From positions 1-26,568 of the IMG/VR virus record IMGVR_UViG_2724679237_000010: a stretch of DNA of 26,568 nt. The stretch is one strand, 5' to 3'. Made by a program: the position numbers and the translations under genes. The first letter of the stretch is position 1, and each line of letters opens with the position of its first letter. The stretch comes from a virus. Taxonomy: Duplodnaviria; Heunggongvirae; Uroviricota; Caudoviricetes. Below, piece by piece: positions 25,963 through 26,568 of this stretch. The notes beneath the pieces were generated by a model. That model did no database searches. It was not told the origin of the DNA and was given only the letters and a program-made list of their open reading frames with translations.

Positions 25963-26568
25963 ATGCCATCGGATGACGATTTTAACAGCCGTTTCAAACA
26001 GGAAGTTGCACGCCGACTGAAGGATTCCCTCAACCTACACCGTCAGTTAGCAGAAGAGGTTGAACCGGAGGATGATGAAACTCCGGTTCAGTCTCCTGAC
26101 GAAGCTTCACCTCAGCCAAAGATTTCGCACGCCCCCAAAAAAACGGCTGTCCGTATTCGCGGAATAGCCAGAAAAAGAGCTGCCGAAGCTCGCAAAATGG
26201 CTGTAGCTGCGTCTAGCAAAAGAATTCCAACTGCTACCCCCTCTCAACAAGTCACCCGTACTGAGAGTAAAATATTGACCGAGTTCACATCTGTGAAACA
26301 GGTGAATTCACTTGATACCGAGCATGAGCGCAAACAACTCAACAACAAAGATTTTGAAGCAGAAATCGCTCTAAAAAAACGATACGGAAAATGGTTCCTG
26401 ATTATCCTTGCTTGCCAACTTCTGATAATGAATGGTGTATTTATTGCCGACGGCGCAGGTACGCTGGAATTTGAGGATTTAACACTACAGTTGTACATGG
26501 GCGGTACTTTGACAGAGGTATTCGGCCTCGTGCTGGTCGTGACAAAATACCTTTTTAAACGCAAGTAA
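25963..26568 (+). CDS. Membrane protein with charged N-terminal region and C-terminal two-helix hairpin
   Basis: 201-aa ORF. The first ~145 aa are highly charged and low-complexity; the C-terminus has two hydrophobic helices (WFLIILACQLLIMNGVFIA and LTEVFGLVLVVTKYLF). The stop codon is the last three bases of the window. Confidence 0.6.
   Translation: MPSDDDFNSRFKQEVARRLKDSLNLHRQLAEEVEPEDDETPVQSPDEASPQPKISHAPKKTAVRIRGIARKRAAEARKMAVAASSKRIPTATPSQQVTRTESKILTEFTSVKQVNSLDTEHERKQLNNKDFEAEIALKKRYGKWFLIILACQLLIMNGVFIADGAGTLEFEDLTLQLYMGGTLTEVFGLVLVVTKYLFKRK

Noticed and set aside
1-26568. CRISPR arrays, tRNA/rRNA genes, insertion sequences, integrase or att sites
   Set aside because: I saw no regularly spaced direct repeats, no tRNA-like or rRNA-like sequence, and no transposase or integrase-like ORF. 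The prophage ends appear to lie outside the window. This was a by-eye scan, so short features could be missed.

Overview
The whole window lies inside a tailed-phage (prophage) genome, with nearly all genes on the minus strand. Reading from high to low coordinates: a lambdoid nin/Q-like region (22.0-23.5 kb), a lysis cassette (20.5-21.9 kb), a small moron cluster partly on the opposite strand (19.2-20.4 kb), a lambda-type head module in the order Nu1-A-W-B-C-D-E-FI-FII (11.1-18.9 kb), and a P2/R-pyocin-type contractile tail module V-W-J-I-H-sheath-tube-E-T-U-X-D (1-9.9 kb). The right edge (23.9-26.6 kb) switches orientation and carries a plus-strand cassette of a small HTH protein, an ImmA/IrrE-family HExxH zinc peptidase and a two-helix membrane protein; this is my best candidate for an undescribed accessory system (defence, exclusion or induction control), but its function is inferred, not shown. 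The tail sheath gene is broken by a frameshift in an A8 homopolymer. I found no rRNA, tRNA, CRISPR array, transposase or integrase. All protein identifications rest on by-eye comparison of the supplied translations with remembered family sequences and motifs; no database search was run.
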